From Paraspadella gotoi (lineage: Eukaryota > Animalia > Chaetognatha), in contig CM119270.1 in assembly GCA_051294375.1 (NCBI GenBank), positions 2,105,320 to 2,169,319 of the forward strand: a DNA stretch of 64,000 nucleotides, given 5' to 3'. Every line of letters begins with the position of its first letter. The first letter of the stretch is position 1. Shown piece after piece: positions 53,374-64,000 of the stretch. The notes beneath the pieces were generated by a model. It saw only the letters and a program-made list of their open reading frames with translations, did no database searches and was not told the DNA's origin. The translations under genes and the position numbers were made by a program.

Positions 53374-53501
53374 CACACGTTTTCTCCTTCATTTTTTTAT
53401 TTATGTTTCTTTAATCCCTTCCTCCCGAATTTCTCTCTTTTCTATTCATTGCATCACATTTTATTCTTTCTTCTCCCCATTGAATCTTTTCTTAATACTA
53501 T

Positions 53502-53552
<51 letters not shown>

Positions 53553-53944
53553 CTCTCTGCTACGAGTTCTTTTATTCGCATTCTTCATCCCTCTCCGTTC
53601 CGTTCAATCGCCGAGTTTCATTTTTTTTTTTTTTTTTTCTTTTCTTCCTTCTCTGTTATCCCATCCGCTTTTCACACCCATAATGCACAACTTTTTTTTC
53701 ACAGTCGAGTTTCACTGTACCACTTTCTATTTTAATTTTCAAATTCTGACCACCCGTGTTTCCAAAAACATTTTGTCGAATAGAACTTCATTTTTTAAAT
53801 ATTTTTAAATCACGGCATGTCACATGTCACATGTCACATGTTAGAATTACTTCAATGTTATCATCACTCCAAGTTTAACATTTTCAAATTCATATATCGT
53901 ACAGCGTCGCCTCTTCTTCACTTCAACAGTCCATCCTCGGCGAT

Positions 53945-54042
<98 letters not shown>

Positions 54043-54447
54043 CTCACTCCCCGTAGTGGCTCGATTTTAATTTAGAAAAGAAAATGGAAAAAAATATCGC
54101 TTAACGCGGGGAAGGGGAAGATGAAATTTTAATAAAAGAAAATAACGGAAGAAAGAGAGAGAGAGAGAGAGAGGGAGACTTGGGGAGGACGCTGCTAGCG
54201 CCCATCCCCCGAAGGAAGACGCCGCTTTTTCGCGACTGCTTATTCGTGTCTATACGTCGCACGGAAGCAAGGAGCCCGACGACCAAAACACAGAAACACC
54301 AGAAAGACGCCCCAACACAGAACAAGGGAAATTGCCGTTTGTCGCGTTTTGGTGAGATCACGCCACGTACAAAAAAAAAGAAGACGACAGCAGCCGAGAA
54401 GGTGTCCCGCGAAATTCGCCATTTCGATGTACTTTTGGATTTGTTAC

Positions 54448-54530
54448 CCTGAGTATAGTCCGAGTTGGATCTGTAGTTATGTTCCTTGTCGTAACGTGCA
54501 AGAAACTCACGGATGTACGCACAAAACGAC
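54448..54530 (-). CDS. Candidate exon of an unidentified gene
   Basis: Pyrimidine tract plus ttagcag acceptor, an open frame SFCAYIREFLARYDKEHNYRSNSDYTQG, and a weak donor CAGG|GTAACA. Confidence 0.2.
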
Positions 54531-55322
54531 CTGCTAAGAGAGTCCAGAAAAAAGAAAACTGACCCAGTTAACCACACCATAAATTGTATTTTCCGCTTCC
54601 TTCCGGTTCATTCGCGACAGGCAGTAAGTTTAGTTTTACTCGTTCGTCTGATTTATAGATTTGATTTGTTTAGTCGTTTCAATTGTACCGATCTTTTCGA
54701 ATCGCGATTTCGAATTTAATCTTCGGATGAAATTCATTCGTTCCAAAAGTCTCAGCCCCGGATTCAACGTAGATCTATGACGAAAGGGGCAAGATTATCG
54801 GGCCAAGGAAGAACTTTCTCACATTTCACCCCCGTCTCTCTCTCTCTCGCTCTCTCTCTCCCCTCTCTCCTCTCTCTCTTCCTCTCTCTCTGCTTCTCTC
54901 TCTCTCTCCCTCTCGTCTTCCACCGACAGTGACTCTCTCAACAATAGTGACGGCACACGCCGATTCAAATACGAAGCTACTTAGGGATTAATCGTCCATC
55001 TCTAAAGTGCTCCATGGCAAAGAGAGAAACCCGCGAGAGACACCTGATGATATAGAGGCATGGCAAAAAAAGGAAGTGAAGCGTGAAGAAATTGGGAAAA
55101 GAGAGGAAAGTGTGAGACAAGAAAGAAAGCGTGACAAAAGGCGAGCCGTTCGACGCATTACGTAATATATTGATTTAAGAAAGAAGAAAATAGACACTTT
55201 AATATGGCGAAAAAGAAATAATTTTGAAGTGAGAATAAAACGTGATTGAAAAATAAAAGAAAAGAAATAAATATAATTGTAAGTCTGATTCTTCTCTTTC
55301 CACTTAATTTGTCGGATTCCTC

Positions 55323-55358
<36 letters not shown>

Positions 55359-56440
55359 ATCCCTCGATCCTCCTCCCTCTCTCCTCCTCCCCTCCTTCCT
55401 CACGCCATCCTCTCTCTGGGGAGAGATTGTAAGATAAAATGTATGAGAAGAAATTTCCAAGCTAGCAAAACTTGAAGTTAGGAAAATGTTATCATATTTA
55501 AATCTACAACGGAAAGGAACTGCCCTCTGCCTCATTGCTCGACTATAGCGCGTCTTCCCAGGGTATGCTTACGACTCCGGCCATGGATCGCGGTGAGAAG
55601 AATTGGAGAAAGCGCGATCTCGATCTCTCTGCTCGATCAGAAAGGTCAGAGTCTACGATCGTACTACTCAGATCGATCCTTTCTCTCCGTCTCCTCCCTT
55701 ATCTTCCAAAATTCATTCTCTCCTCTCCTCTCCCTATCATCCTCCTCTCCCAACCATAGAAAATACTACTACATCAAAATAACACCTTTCAGATGCGCTG
55801 TGAATGCAGTCTTTCTCGTAACAATCGGAAATTACTGTGAAGAGAAGAAAGATAGCTGAGTAATTATTTTAGTTTTGGTAGAAAGAAGATAAGTGATTAG
55901 AGTATAGTCTTAAATGAATTAGAATAAAATCTATTTTTAATATAAAAAATCACTTTAAAATTATAAAAAATAAAATAAAAAAAACCGATAATTAAGTTAA
56001 TTCTTGTTACCTTATTATCCTACTTGAAAATAAACAAAATAAATGAACACAGAATTTAAAATCACATGAACTATCATAAGAAATAGAGTTTTCAAATATT
56101 GAATAGTAATAAGACATATGTATAAATTAAAATGTTTTATGTCAATTATACTAAAATTTAAAGTTTAAAATTGATAGAAAAAAAAAATTTCAAAAATTAT
56201 GAAAAATATTTATATAGAGAATTATTCTTTTACATTTCAACCCATTCAGAGAAGAAAAATACAATGTAATCGAATTCAGCATCCATGTATATAATCATCT
56301 CAATATCCTGTAAATAGAGAAGCAAATTTCTCTCTCTCTCTCTCCGATTCCGCTCTCCACAGGTCCGCCCTCATCTCGAGCTAAAATCAGCCGATACAGG
56401 AACGTCAGTATAACTCCAGCGAACGTCGGAGAGAGAGAGT

Positions 56441-56591
56441 ATGAGCATCCCGGTGGGCAAGATGGCGCCCGATTCGGCTTCATCTCACCAGGGTTTTCTG
56501 AACGGAACTACTAGCGGCGAGCGAAAGAAAGCATCGAATCTGCGCCAGATTGACGCAGTTTCTCGGGCGTCCCTGGACGCAAAGATGTTTA
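56441..56591 (+). CDS. Candidate first coding segment of an unidentified gene
   Basis: A strong acceptor (CT)n..ccacag at 56362 precedes an ATG at 56441. The open frame MSIPVGKMAPDSASSHQGFLNGTTSGERKKASNLRQIDAVSRASLDAKMF runs to a possible weak donor GTAAAT. No homology recognised. Confidence 0.2.
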
Positions 56592-57963
56592 GTAAATTAA
56601 ATGCGAGAAAATAATAAAATTTTACTTAAACAGCCACCCACTTTTTTGTGCCCCGCCCGTATAATTATTAATAATATTGCTTAAATAGTGAGTCTTTGAG
56701 TCAAGTAGTAGCCGAGGTGAGTTCAGGTTGAGGTGCACTCAAGTGGTATAGCGGCCCACCCAAGAGTGTAGAGTCTTGGGAAGCTGTAATTGGTCAAGTC
56801 AAGCTAATTAACCGGTAGGGGAGAAGCCACGTCACGCCGCCTGCTGACGATGGCTTTTGATATTTCCCATAAGAATGGACATGTATGTAAAAGTACAAAG
56901 GAATGACGTTTTTTGAACTTTTTCCATTTGTTTTTATTTAAACTGAGTTTGTTTGTTATAAGGTTTCTGTGAAGTATGACTCTTTGAAAGGCATCATTTT
57001 CACACTNNNNNNNNNNNNNNNNNNNNNNNNNAAGGTAAAAAGAAAAGAAAAGATAAACAGAGAAGAGATGAAAAGGTAAAATTAGAAGAAAAGATAAAAG
57101 GAGAAGAGAAGGAGGCTGAGTGAGGACAAAAGGGAGAGGGCAAGTAGGTAGGCAAAGTAGGCGGGCAGAAGGAGGCGGGCAGAAGGAGGCGGACTAAAAA
57201 GGGCAGAGCGAGAAATCCTTCCAATCAAAGGTGCGAGAATTCTTGGGCGGAACTGAGGGTCAGTGGGTCAACGCTGAGGTGGGGATTATGAACTGTGAAG
57301 GAAGGAAAGGAAACGTTTGGTTGCATTTGGTTAAATATAACTTATTTAAAATGTGGTGATTATTTTACACTTCGTTCTTTCTTTATATCTTTCTTTCTTA
57401 CCATTTAAGTCTTTCTTTATTTCTTTCTTTCTTTCTTTCTTCCTTTCTTTCTTTGTTTCTTTCTTTCTTTCTTCCTTTCTTTCCCTCCCTCCGCAGTGTG
57501 TTGTCAACTGGAGAAAGAGGAATTAAAACGGTTTTGATTATTTTTGAGAAAAAAAATTTAATATTAAAAATTTTGGAAAAATTTATTCGACGCTTGACTT
57601 CGCGAGAAAAATGATTTATTCAAAACGACGACAACGACAACAACGACGACGAAGTCCACGACGACGACAACAACGACAACAAAAACGACAACAACGCCGA
57701 CGAAGACTACGACGACGACAACAACGACGACGAAGACTATGATATCGCGAAGAGGAAGACGATGAGAAAAAAGCGACGATGACAATGACATAATAAATAC
57801 ATGAAGAAATGACATTATGACAATGACAGAATGAAATGACATGATGATTGACATAGAGAAAACATTAGTTAACTAAGAGATTTAAAGTTTCCTACTTGGA
57901 TCCAACGTCGACTGAGAAATGAGTCAGAGAACTCCAGGTAATTAAATTGACATTTAAGTTATT

Positions 57964-58030
57964 AATTGGTACAACTATTATAAAAATTATCAATTCATTT
58001 AATAAAATAGCCATCTTGCCCCTGACTTTG
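57964..58030 (+). repeat. Short dispersed repeat AATTGGTACAAC..TATAAAAATTATC..ATCTTGCCCCT
   Basis: Diverged copies at 19727-19793 (re-copied at about 28735-28805), at 57964-58030, and inverted at 50724-50766. Confidence 0.55.
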
Positions 58031-58935
58031 GACATATATATTAATCAAGTTTTGAAATAAAAAAACGGGCTTAATATTTTTATAGTTTTCATTCAAGCTC
58101 TATTTAATTTCAATTTAACACCATTAAATTCATTATATTAACTAAAAAGGCAAATAAAAGATAAATACGATAAAGATAAAAGGAATAATCTAGAGAAGAG
58201 AGATGAGAGAGAGATACAGAGAGACAGAAAAAAAAAGAGAGAACGTAAAAAAAATATCTATCAATCAAGGGGACAAAGGAACCTTTCGCCCATTGTTGTA
58301 TCGGTTCACTTTGCCGTTTAATGATTGGACGAAACGCCTCAACGCTGATTGGTGGAGAACCGGTGCAAGCGATAGCTTCCATATGGCGATGATGTTCCTT
58401 GGCGGACAATCGGCAAGCATAAGTTTAATATTGTAAAACATATATATTATACATATATAGACAATAAAATATACATATACATTAGACCTTGCCAGAAATT
58501 TGAAGTTTGTGATCCAGCTTAGTAGTAGGGCTCCAAACGAGCTTCATACATGCGCGGATGTTTTACAATATCTTCTTTTTTTTTTAAATTATGGGAAATG
58601 CTGCCAACTTTTTAAAAAACTGAAAAACTGAAAATTAGGGCATTTCTTTCAATATCTCGAAGGGCATTAAGTATACTCAAACGAAACCAGTTTTAATCAT
58701 TAAAGCGTAAAAAACTGTACATGTTTGGACACCTTACTTGATGAATTAAGTGCATTTTCTATTAAATGGTGATTTTTTAATAATCGATGTCTTGTATTTT
58801 TCGTCAAAAAATCTTATAAAATGGTTATTTTTTAATATTTTTTAAAAAGCTTAGTGCGTGAGACTCTATTTAGGATGTATCCGTTCAAATTTATTTTAAA
58901 TATGATTTTTCTTAACCTTTCGGTCTTTTTCAGTG

Positions 58936-58989
<54 letters not shown>

Positions 58990-59180
58990 TCTCTCTCTTC
59001 TCTCTCTCTCTCTCTCTCTCTCTCGCTCTCCATTATTGTTCTGACCGCCTCCTTCTCTCCTGACTAATTAAAGCCGATTATTTTAATTCTGCGCTTTGGG
59101 TCTAACGATTACTCCCTGCAACCGACTATCGTAAAAACGCTCAGGCTCATTTACATATTACGAGAGAGAGAGAGAGAGAG

Positions 59181-59220
<40 letters not shown>

Positions 59221-59233
59221 AAATCAATTTCAC

Positions 59234-59357
59234 CTTCAAACTGGAAGGTAGGCTTTCCCGCCCACAGGTCAGGTCGCAAACAAATTCTAATGACTTTGCT
59301 TCTTTCCATTTCTCTGCCTCGTGAGTCTCACCTAACTCTGGACGAGAACATGTGAAC
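59234..59357 (-). CDS. Candidate internal exon of an unidentified gene
   Basis: Acceptor ctttag|G and donor AAG|GTGAAA enclose 124 nt that are open in one frame (FTCSRPELGETHEAEKWKEAKSLEFVCDLTCGRESLPSSLK). It is a complex-sequence island among repeats. No recognisable domain. Confidence 0.35.
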
Positions 59358-59364
59358 CTAAAGA

Positions 59365-59566
59365 TTGTGGCATTTAAAAATATCCGAGGATGAGGCACTT
59401 AAAAGTATCAGAAGATGTTATAATTGAAGGTATCACAGGATGTGGTACTTAAAAGCATCAGGGAATGTGGCACTTAAAAGTAACAGATGTGGTACCTAAA
59501 GGTATGGCAGGATGTGGCACTTCAAAGTATCAGAGAATGTGGCACTTAAAAGTATCAAAAGATGTG
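59365..59566. repeat. 25-bp minisatellite (GATGTGGCACTTAAAAGTATCA...)
   Basis: Core starts at 59414, 59439, 59464, 59486, 59511, 59536 and 59561. Confidence 0.85.
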
Positions 59567-59624
59567 AACATTCTTATGTATTTCACTACGACTTCACTGC
59601 CATTTTTATTTTCGTTCTTTTTCA

Positions 59625-59880
59625 CCTCAGTGCCATTCAGTGAAAGTTCCGTTCAGTGACATTCGGTGCTATTCAATGGTAGTTTTATTCAGTTCCAGGG
59701 CCATAGAGTATCATTCAGTGTCAATGCCATTCGGTACCATTCAGTGCCATTCCCTGTCATTGCCATCAGGGCCTGCGCCAATCAGTTCCATCCAGTGCTA
59801 TATCACATTTTTGCTATAGCACATTCGTGCCATTCAGTGCCATTCGGTGCCCATTGCCAGTAAGATTCCGTGCCATTTAG
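59625..59880. repeat. Degenerate 10-bp minisatellite (CATTCAGTGC)n
   Basis: Recurrent CCATTCAGTG/CCATTCGGTG units. Confidence 0.7.
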
Positions 59881-60416
59881 TCCAATTTCTCTTTTCAGAA
59901 AAAAAAAATCCAAAAAGCAAACGCACACCCACAAAAAGTACCTTACCTATATCTATCTCTCTCTCTTCCCCCTTTTGTTTTTTTTCGTTTCAATGATTTT
60001 TTTCCTAACACGCTACACTAGCGCCTCTGTTGAAGAGAAAAATTAAACGACGAGAAAAGAGAAAAAGAGAGAGAAAAAAAAAGAGCAGCGCGGAAAAACC
60101 AATTAATATTCAGCGAAGGCGGTGTTCGGAAAACTCCGCGTTTGTGGCGGCGGAAAAAAAAGGAAAGGTTTCTCCGCCGCCGGAAAAAAAAGGGTTGGCG
60201 GGCGGCCGAGAGAAAGAGGGCGGCCGAGAGAAATGGGCGGCCGAGAGAAAGCGGCCGAGAGAGGCGCGATCTCGGAAGCCCAAAGGTGGGCGGTAGGGGG
60301 GGAGCTGCTTAAAAAAGGTGAGTTCGCCCGCGTTGCGGGATTTGGTGAGATCGGTTGGATCAGAGTTAAGGTGAAAGGTAAGTTGATTTGAGGCGAGATT
60401 CGATGGTTGAGATGAA

Positions 60417-60705
60417 GAATGAATGAATGACAAGACAATGAATGAATGGATGAATGAATGACAAGAAAATGAATGAATGGATGAATGAATGAATGACAAG
60501 AGAATGAATGAATGGATGATTGAATGATAAAAGAATGAATGAATGGAGGAATTAATGACAAAAGAATGAATGAATGGTTGAATCTATGACAAGAGAATAA
60601 ATGAATGGATGAATGAATGACAAGAGAATCAATGAATGGATGAATGAATGACAAGAGAATCAATGAATGGATGAATGAATGATGAAAGAATGAATTAATG
60701 AATGG
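60417..60705. repeat. (GAAT)n-derived array with ~31-bp period
   Basis: GAATGAATGGATGAATGAATGACAAGA units, with CAAGAG at 60621 and 60652. Confidence 0.85.
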
Positions 60706-60874
60706 TGAGTGAAATGGTAAGTTTGAGAAGTGCGCATCACCGATAACTTTAGGGTCAAAAAGTCAGTAATTGCTCTGAGATGCTAAAATTAAGTTGATTG
60801 GAAAAAGGCGATGCGAGCAAGAAAGTTAGGGTTAAATGATTTACGAGGCGTATGGAAGGAATGCTTGTGGCCCC

Positions 60875-61110
60875 TCTCTTTCTCTGCTTGGCTGCCCCCG
60901 TCTCCTGTCTGCTTACCTGCAACACCGCCTCTATGCTTACATACCGACCCGCCTCTCTGCTTGCTTATCAACCTGCTTCTCTCCTCACCTACCAATCCGC
61001 CTCTCTCCTCGCTTACCCGTCCGTCTCTCTGCTTGCTCACCAACCCGCCTCTCTGCTTGCTTACCTCTCCGCCTCCCTCTTTGCCCTTCGCCCCGTCTCT
61101 CCGACTCCTT
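60875..61110. repeat. 24-bp minisatellite (CCGCCTCTCTGCTTGCTTACCAAC)
   Basis: CCGCCT at 60925 and 60949 and onward, giving 8-aa periodicity in the overlapping ORFs. Confidence 0.85.
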
Positions 61111-62128
61111 GCCTCACCATTTCGACTTTATGGCCCCATTCGATCACCGTTAGTCTCGACCGAAAGGCCTCTTTTTTATTTTTAGGCCTGAAGAAAAAAA
61201 AAAGAAGCCAGTGGCTTTTCGACCTTTTTATTACGGGCCATCATAGCTGTCATCGTCGTGGCTGTCATCTTAATCACTGTCATCGACATCGCGGTCTTTG
61301 GTAACTTTCATGATGTCATTGTCACCGCTGTCATCTTAATCACACCTTAAAGATGTCATCATCATTCATGTCTTTTTCTTTCTACACGATTATTGGTATC
61401 ACATTCATGGTTGCTGTCATTGTCATCACTTTCATCATAAAAACTATCATCGTTATCAGTGTTATTGTTGTAATTGTTGTCATTGTCATCACAGTCATCA
61501 TCGTCATGTCATTATTTTTTATCATCCAAGAATTTTTAAAACGGTCATCATCATCACTGTTTTTGCTATAAATGTCATTGCCCTCTCTTTTTTTCATTTT
61601 CATCACTGTCATCATTATTTTATCATCCCAATAACTGACATAGATGAAACTTAGTGACATCGTTATATCTGTCATCATCATCATCTCTGTCATCGTCATC
61701 GATATCATCGTCATCATTGTCATTTCGAGTCGTCTTCTTTGTCATTCCCCCCCCCCAAATAAAAAATCGAATTCTCCGAGATTCGACGCCTGGCTGAGGG
61801 GCGAAGGGAATTTTCAATTTTTTTATCTCTTGAGGGATTAAAAGTCGCGGATTGGGATTTGGTAGAGATGAAGCTGAGAAGATTAGAGATGGATTATCCG
61901 GGATTGAGGGAAGATTATTTCTCTTTTGGTGGGGAGGAAGAGAGAGGGGTGGAATATTATATATTACGAGTGGAAGAATAGAAGGGCAAAGGGATGATTT
62001 ATAGTTTGTTTGTTTGTTTAAAACTTGTGGCGTGGTTTTTATTATTCTTTCTTTTTCTTTCCTATTCCTCTATTTTTTCTTTCCTCTTCGCCTCGTGATT
62101 TAATCGACAAAACCTTTTTCCGTAACAC

Positions 62129-62239
62129 TTTTATCTGTATATCAGCGGACTTGGGGGTCGGTCAGTCGGTCACTTGGTCGGTCGGTGGGTATGTCTGTCC
62201 GTCGGTCTGTCCCACTAATGTTAAAAACCCTCATAACTC
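62129..62239 (-). mobile_element. Second copy of the dispersed (GTCG/GTCT)n-containing repeat
   Basis: Inverted homologue of 49417-49505 that starts in a T-run. A related (GACA/GACT)n...CACGCGACTTAAAAA end lies at about 62465-62540. Confidence 0.5.
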
Positions 62240-63478
62240 GGAACATAAATATTTTATAAATTTAGTTCATATTTGGTGTGAAAGTGAGGTACCATTCGAC
62301 CTTTAACGTGTTTATGTATTAAACCAAAATTAAATTCTTCTTAAATTCTGTTGCTCTTTCGTTAATTTTGCTGACAAGGAAAAATAAGAAATCACAAAAA
62401 GAATGCAGTGCGTGTCACGTTAGTCACGTGATCACCACACTGACCGATATAAAGATTGACATAGCAGACAGACAGACAGACTGACTGACTGACTGACCGA
62501 AAAGCTTCGTATTGTGTCTCTTTTTCACGCGACTTAAAAAGGTTTTTTTTTCTTTTTTTTTCGGTCGGAACAGATACTCACAACCGTGATTACTTCGGCT
62601 TCACAATTTCCTTTCCTCACGGTTCCTTCTTTTTTTGGCAGCCCATGTCGTCGCCCGCTGAGTTGGATGGAAGGGAAAAAGGGGGAGAGGTTGGGGGTGA
62701 AGGGGGAAGGGAGAGGGGGAAGGGAAGGGAGTAGGGGAAAATAGAGGAGAAAGGAGGAAGTGAAAGGGAGAGGATAAAGGAATTTATAGGAAAAGGCAGA
62801 GAGAGAGGAAAAGTAAGGGAAGAAGAGAGGGAGAGGGAGAAGGGGAAGAAAGAAGGAGAGGGGAAGGAAGGGAAAATGAGAGGATAGAGAAATTTATAGG
62901 AAAAGGGCAGAGAGTGAGGAAAAGTAGGGGAAGAAGAGAGGAATCTTTTCAAAAGGATGAAAGGGGGAAAAGGAAAGGAAGGGAAAGGAATGAAAAATTT
63001 AAAAAAAGAAAAGAAAAGGGGAGAAAATGAAAGAAAGGGAAGAGGAGTGGATTAGTAAAATGAGGATGACCGAATTTCCACTTTGATTTCTATATGAAAT
63101 CCCTGTCTACTTCAAATGATAATATAACTGGGTAGATGTAAACTACTGTGTACTTGTTTCACTATAATAACTTCCTAAAATGAATTTCCTTTTTTTTCAT
63201 CTTTGGGATTTTCACGTCGAAATTCGCTCGAACAGAAATTCCTCATCTAAAACAAAAAAAACATCCGAAGGAAAGTTCTCGAGATGTTATCGAATTATAT
63301 TCTCGCAAAAGCTCCCTCTGTCTCTCTGTCTCTGTCTCTCTGTCTCTCCGTCTCTCTGTCTCTGTCTGCCAAACCTTCACTCTGTCTCCCCCACACATCT
63401 TCCGCTTCGTCAACGAAAAACAAAATTTGATAGAAAAAAAATTGTTTCTCAGAAGAAAATGAAAAAAGTTTACCTCCC

Positions 63479-63619
<141 letters not shown>

Positions 63620-64000
63620 CATATCTTTGTTTTCCACTTCCGTTCTCTCTCTCCCATCAAGGCTTAAAGTGTATCGTCATATTTAAAAAAATTAAGGTGC
63701 AATTGAACTAAAAATTAAATGTTTTAAATCTAAGTTAATTTTTTTTTAAAAACCTTACATTTTGGCGAGTAACTTAATTATTAAATTAAAAAAAATATTT
63801 TACTTCATTTTATTTTATTTTTAATTTATTATTTCATTCAAATTTTTTAAATAATTTTTTTAAGGGAAAAAATAATGATTTGGATATATTAAAAATATTA
63901 TATATTTGTTTCAGACTAAATGGATACAGACGGCAAAAAAACGAATTTGAATTTTTACTCATAGTAGATATAAATGTAAACGATATAAATGATCATAATG

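Noticed and set aside
56700-56800. tRNA/SINE-like start (GTAGTAGCCGAG) and CCCAAGA/TCTTGGG hairpin
   Set aside because: No B box and no cloverleaf can be built.

Overview
Eukaryotic, most likely invertebrate animal, draft-assembly DNA. It is AT-rich, CpG is not obviously depleted, and it is saturated with microsatellites ((AG/CT)n, (GAC/GTC)n, (AAAG)n, (AAT)n) and 10-78 bp minisatellites. Nearly all ORFs in the track are translations of these repeats. The only gene I can name is one exon of a TMTC-family protein O-mannosyltransferase (47374-47666, +), which carries an unusual ~70-aa acidic insertion. Two degenerate non-LTR retrotransposon 3' ends, a small MITE-like inverted repeat, two dispersed repeat families and a few unidentifiable candidate exons are also visible. 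The first ~43 kb is a mosaic of direct and inverted re-copies of the same loci. The copies differ by scattered single-base indels and are separated by fixed 25-N spacers, which points to raw long reads pasted in by gap-filling software rather than real duplication. One ~2.1 kb block (about 30100-32235) appears to be written reversed without being complemented. I found no convincing novel biological system. The most striking structures are probably assembly artefacts, and the best biological leads are listed under findings.
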